UHGV virus genome: UHGV-0162601
Length of the DNA stretch: 37,895 bases
Reading direction: 5' to 3' (one strand)
Source: a virus
The position numbers and the translations under genes were made by a program. Positions 34,681 to 37,895 of the stretch are shown in pieces (within the stretch, counting starts at the first letter, position 1; the number at the start of each line of letters is the position of its first letter). The notes under the pieces are model-generated. The model saw only the letters and a program-made list of their open reading frames with translations, was not told the DNA's origin and did not search any database.

Positions 34681-35043
34681 TTACTTTTGAAGCTTTTTTT
34701 CCTTATTTGCTTTTTCGAATTCTTTTTGATAGGCATCTCGTGCTTGTTTGAACATCATCAATTGATAAATATAGCTGGCAGTAGCCATATCAAAATCCCA
34801 TTTATCGATAAATTCATCGAATGAAATATAATCAGTCATGTTCGCTTGGCGGTAAGCAATATACACAGCCTTTGCACCTTGAATAACAGAAATATCCATG
34901 GATCCTTTTCCCACAGTCATTTTTGCAAACTCGTCTGTGTTAAAATCTCTATTGATCATCAATAATTTCTTGATATTCAGTTTAGGTTCTAAATTCAAAA
35001 TTGTTCCATCGTTTAGTTCAATTTTTGAGTAATCTTCGTTCAT
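34681..35043 (-). CDS. tail assembly chaperone (G)
   Basis: 120 aa between the major tail and tape measure genes. Confidence 0.65.
   Translation of the reverse strand: MNEDYSKIELNDGTILNLEPKLNIKKLLMINRDFNTDEFAKMTVGKGSMDISVIQGAKAVYIAYRQANMTDYISFDEFIDKWDFDMATASYIYQLMMFKQARDAYQKEFEKANKEKKLQK
34693..34699 (-). promoter_or_regulatory. programmed -1 ribosomal frameshift heptamer A_AAA_AAG
   Basis: In-frame codons GAA AAA AAG on the minus strand. Slippage to AAA AAA reads ...KASKVKMPKLLVETW... into ORF 34496..34678. Confidence 0.6.
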
Positions 35044-35064
35044 TTTGCTACCTCCGTTTTATGT

Positions 35065-35670
35065 TTAAGCTTGAGTCGTTGTAGTAGTGGTTGTTGAACT
35101 CTTTTTAATCACATCAGCAGATAGATTCGTCATCCATTGATCTGTTAAGTCTTCTTCAAGTTCTGCAACAATTGCTTCATGATAGAATTTACCAAATTCA
35201 TCTTGCATAACTTTTGTTTCTAGTTCTAAAGCAGCTACTTCATCCGCACCATTTTCAATAGAGAATGTTAATCCTGTATTCGAAGTGCATGCTAACATAC
35301 CAACTAACTTGCTATTTTCTTCGAAGTCATCCACGATCTCTGCAGCAAGTGAGAAATCTTCGCCTACGGAATCAGGACCGTAAGAGTAAATGCCTGGTTT
35401 AATACGTTCATCTTGTTTCAACCCATTGAAACGTCGATAAACTTCCATCGGTACATGTGCAGTAATTGTTACCGTCATATTGATTGGTTTAGATTTTGAT
35501 TTTACTTCTGTCGCTCCACATTTTTTAACCACCGTTTGCATTTCTGTTTCGCCATCTAATTGTCCGTTACAATCTGTTGCGATTGCATTTTCTGCATTCT
35601 TAAAATTAAAAGCAATTCGTTTGATACTCACGTTATCGAACGTTGTTACTACAGTTGTTGTTTTAGCCAT
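35065..35670 (-). CDS. major tail protein with C-terminal ...SSTTTTTTTQA tail
   Basis: 201 aa, position upstream of the G/GT chaperones. The poly-Thr uses mixed codons (ACT/ACG/ACA/ACC). Confidence 0.8.
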   Translation of the reverse strand: MAKTTTVVTTFDNVSIKRIAFNFKNAENAIATDCNGQLDGETEMQTVVKKCGATEVKSKSKPINMTVTITAHVPMEVYRRFNGLKQDERIKPGIYSYGPDSVGEDFSLAAEIVDDFEENSKLVGMLACTSNTGLTFSIENGADEVAALELETKVMQDEFGKFYHEAIVAELEEDLTDQWMTNLSADVIKKSSTTTTTTTQA

Positions 35671-35681
35671 TGTTGTTCCTC

Positions 35682-36095
35682 CTATTTATTTAATTTATCG
35701 AATTGACGAATCAGAAGTTCTGTAATTGGATCAAGTGCAAGACCTAATCCTCTTCTCATGAATTCGTCTGGCTGATTTCTTTTAGAAGTACCTATCCCCA
35801 AATCAGGATATTTTAAATACTCAAATTTTCTTGTAGGTCTAATGATGAAACCCAAATTAATATATTGAGTCTTAAGTGGACGACTATTTTTTGCGTGTTG
35901 GTGTCCTCTTCTTAAATCTGCTTCAGAAACAGGAATTTTTTCTGTAATCCTATCCACTGCAATAGCCGAACCCTTCGATTTCAATGCTTCATTGATCAGT
36001 CGTTCACTCTCGCTTGAATAGCGTTCCATCCGCACAAGAAGTTCATCATGCCCATTTATTTTTAGCTCCCAACTATTTTTAGCCATGACAATCAC
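35682..36095 (-). CDS. tail terminator / tail-completion neck protein
   Basis: 137 aa, position immediately upstream of the major tail gene. Confidence 0.45.
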   Translation of the reverse strand: MIVMAKNSWELKINGHDELLVRMERYSSESERLINEALKSKGSAIAVDRITEKIPVSEADLRRGHQHAKNSRPLKTQYINLGFIIRPTRKFEYLKYPDLGIGTSKRNQPDEFMRRGLGLALDPITELLIRQFDKLNK

Positions 36096-36480
36096 TCTTC
36101 AATAATCGTCTAAACGTAAATACCAATTGATCGATATAGCGATCTTGATTTTCTAGTTTTAAATGGTTGGGATCCATTCTCTGAAAACGAATCGAACGAT
36201 TTTGAATCAATGAAATAATATCTAGTGAATCTCCTGTTAAATCTTCTCTATTTTCTGAATAGAAAGTTAGATATAGATTTTGACCCACGCTATATTTTGG
36301 TTCAGTGATCATTTCTATTTCTCCTGTTTCGAGAATGAAGTAATTAAAATCATCAGGTAGCTCATCCTCGCCAACAGAGTCTTGAAAGAGTTTGAGCTTA
36401 AAATGTTCTTCTAAGGAAGTTTTGATAGCAGAAATTTGCTTATTTAAACGTTCTTTTTCTTTAGAATTATCAATAACCAT
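36079..36480 (-). CDS. neck protein (HK97 gp10-like tail-to-head joining)
   Basis: 133 aa from MVIDNSKEKERL after RBS GGGTGA. Position. Confidence 0.45.
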   Translation of the reverse strand: MVIDNSKEKERLNKQISAIKTSLEEHFKLKLFQDSVGEDELPDDFNYFILETGEIEMITEPKYSVGQNLYLTFYSENREDLTGDSLDIISLIQNRSIRFQRMDPNHLKLENQDRYIDQLVFTFRRLLKSDCHG

Positions 36481-36826
36481 ATTCACCCACACTTTCAAGA
36501 TAAAAATAGATATAAAAATTATCGTAATCGGCATAGATAACGTTGTAACGCATACTATCGATTACGATAAAATATTGATCTTTATTAAATTTCTTGGCGA
36601 TCGGATGAAATGGAGTCTTTACTTTCTTAGTTAATTTCGATCCCATCGCATCCATAGCTGTTATATCACTATCTCTCATGGAAAGATTTCTAAATTTTAA
36701 AGAAGTGATTTCTGTATCTTCTACACCAATCTTTTTTCCTAGTTCATTTCTTTTGGTAGTTTGCGTCAAAATCTTTAACCAACCATCGTTGAATGTTTCT
36801 TCGAGTCTACGATTATTCGCCATTCC
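36470..36826 (-). CDS. head closure protein
   Basis: 118 aa from MANNRRLEE after AGGTGA. Start overlaps the upstream stop. Confidence 0.45.
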   Translation of the reverse strand, partial: GMANNRRLEETFNDGWLKILTQTTKRNELGKKIGVEDTEITSLKFRNLSMRDSDITAMDAMGSKLTKKVKTPFHPIAKKFNKDQYFIVIDSMRYNVIYADYDNFYIYFYLESVGEYGY

Positions 36827-37124
36827 CATCACCTGCAATATATTCTTGTAGCGCATAATGTTGAATGAAACCTAATAACTCACTAGCGAAATTTTGTTCA
36901 AACTCATCTAAAGCACGATTCCAGTCGTATCTACATCTTTCGATTAGCAATCCGTATTCTAAGCTTTCAGGAGAAAAAGAAAGTGTTGTACTCACTTTAC
37001 TTTGAAGATAAACAGCATTTTTAGCTATCATCTTTTTAATTGACTCATCTTCTTCGTTCCAGGTAACGTAAATATTATCCTTCACAGCTATTAGCAATTC
37101 TTCAGTCACTTGTTCAGGCGTCAT
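36813..37124 (-). CDS. head-tail connector (gp6-like adaptor)
   Basis: 103 aa, first small gene after the capsid/GT genes. Confidence 0.5.
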   Translation of the reverse strand: MTPEQVTEELLIAVKDNIYVTWNEEDESIKKMIAKNAVYLQSKVSTTLSFSPESLEYGLLIERCRYDWNRALDEFEQNFASELLGFIQHYALQEYIAGDGNGE

Positions 37125-37895
37125 CTAACCACCGCCTTAATTGCTTTAACATATGCGTAAGAGCATTTTTTCTTGTTTACAAATGATAAATCTTCATCAA
37201 AAGGCGTGGAAGTAACGTATCTCCCTTTGAAAAATAAATCTTCATCATTTGTTGTTACTCCAGCGTTATGCAAGATTTTTACTTCTTTAAATTTTTCTAT
37301 TGGATCAGTAGCAAAACAAAAGTTTAATTCCTCGTGAACTTTAGGACCAATATTGAAATACATCATGTTCCAAAGCTGTGCCCACATCTCGGCTGTCCAA
37401 ATCTGTACATTTGTTTTTTGCCCTCTAAGGTAGCGATATAGCCGATTAGAATCCAGATAAACCTTTTTCCAATAATTCGCTTTAGGACGGTTAATAACCC
37501 ACTGTGCGCCTCCTGAATTAGTGTTTATAGTTTCCAAAGATTCTACTCTAACATTTACAATATTTGCCATATCTTTTAGAATATTTTCTCCGTTTTCACA
37601 GCTTCTAATATAATCAAGACTTAGATAACTACAGCAGTCGCTACAATACCAAACATCATCTTTAGAAGGCAATTTGCGCAAATTAATTCTTTTATTGAAA
37701 ATGACATCCGAATCGATATAGAAATATCGGTCGTCCTCACGCGAATGATCTTCTTCTAAATATTTCCACCATAAATATGGTTTAATCGAAGGAATATACT
37801 CTTTGTCGTCCCGCAGATCATCGTACACATGAACTTCAACGCCATATTCCTTCTCAAAAAAAATAGGAATCTGATCATCGTGTCTGCTGAAAAGC
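37121..37895 (-). CDS. GT8-family (LgtC/RfaJ-like, GT-A fold) glycosyltransferase, 5' end runs off the window edge and continues at 1..101
   Basis: DxD motif in RYFYIDSDVIF matches GT8 LYLDSDIIV. Downstream NTNSGGAQWVINRPKANYWKK matches GT8 FNSGVLLINLKKWR. The frame is open to 37895. Confidence 0.5.
   Translation of the reverse strand, partial: LFSRHDDQIPIFFEKEYGVEVHVYDDLRDDKEYIPSIKPYLWWKYLEEDHSREDDRYFYIDSDVIFNKRINLRKLPSKDDVWYCSDCCSYLSLDYIRSCENGENILKDMANIVNVRVESLETINTNSGGAQWVINRPKANYWKKVYLDSNRLYRYLRGQKTNVQIWTAEMWAQLWNMMYFNIGPKVHEELNFCFATDPIEKFKEVKILHNAGVTTNDEDLFFKGRYVTSTPFDEDLSFVNKKKCSYAYVKAIKAVVR

Overview
AT-rich (low-GC Firmicutes/Bacilli-type) temperate siphovirus genome that looks complete. 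The window appears circular or circularly permuted: a minus-strand ORF starts at 101, runs off position 1 and continues in frame from 37895 down to 37121 with no stop on either side. Integrase sits between the lysis cassette and the lysogeny module with an attP-like region beside it, so this is phage or excised-form topology, not an integrated prophage with bacterial flanks. Modules on the minus strand are: HNH endonuclease, TerS, TerL, portal, ClpP-like protease and HK97-type capsid (5837 to 111); then the junction-spanning GT8-like glycosyltransferase, four neck genes, major tail protein, G/GT tail chaperones with an A_AAA_AAG -1 slippery site, tape measure, Dit, Tal and a BppU-like receptor-binding protein; then an XhlA / XhlB-type holin / signal-peptide amidase lysis cassette (37124 to 24281). 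A moron locus carries a three-gene operon (23994 to 22658) that by eye matches a tripartite toxin-antitoxin-chaperone (TAC) system: HigB1/Gp49-like toxin, HTH_XRE antitoxin with a C-terminal extension, and SecB-like chaperone. attP has four TTTGGCACA arm-type repeats next to a tyrosine integrase (19691..20830, plus). The lysogeny module has an ImmR-like repressor, ImmA protease and three cargo genes (plus) opposite a Cro-like gene (minus). Face-to-face perfect-TTGACA promoters lie in a 290-bp switch region with four AGCT-based palindromic operators. The early/replication module (minus, 16320 to 7894) has antirepressor, Rad52-like SSAP, an HNH-like protein, a DnaD-like organizer with an internal iteron + palindrome ori, two diverged tandem paralogues, MazG-like and ArpU late regulator. 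Most unusual: the major capsid protein and the major tail protein both end in an identical Thr7-Gln-Ala C-terminal tail (mixed Thr codons), and the gene immediately downstream of the capsid gene looks like a GT8 glycosyltransferase. This suggests O-glycosylation of virion proteins, which has been described for mycobacteriophages but, to my knowledge, not for this type of phage.
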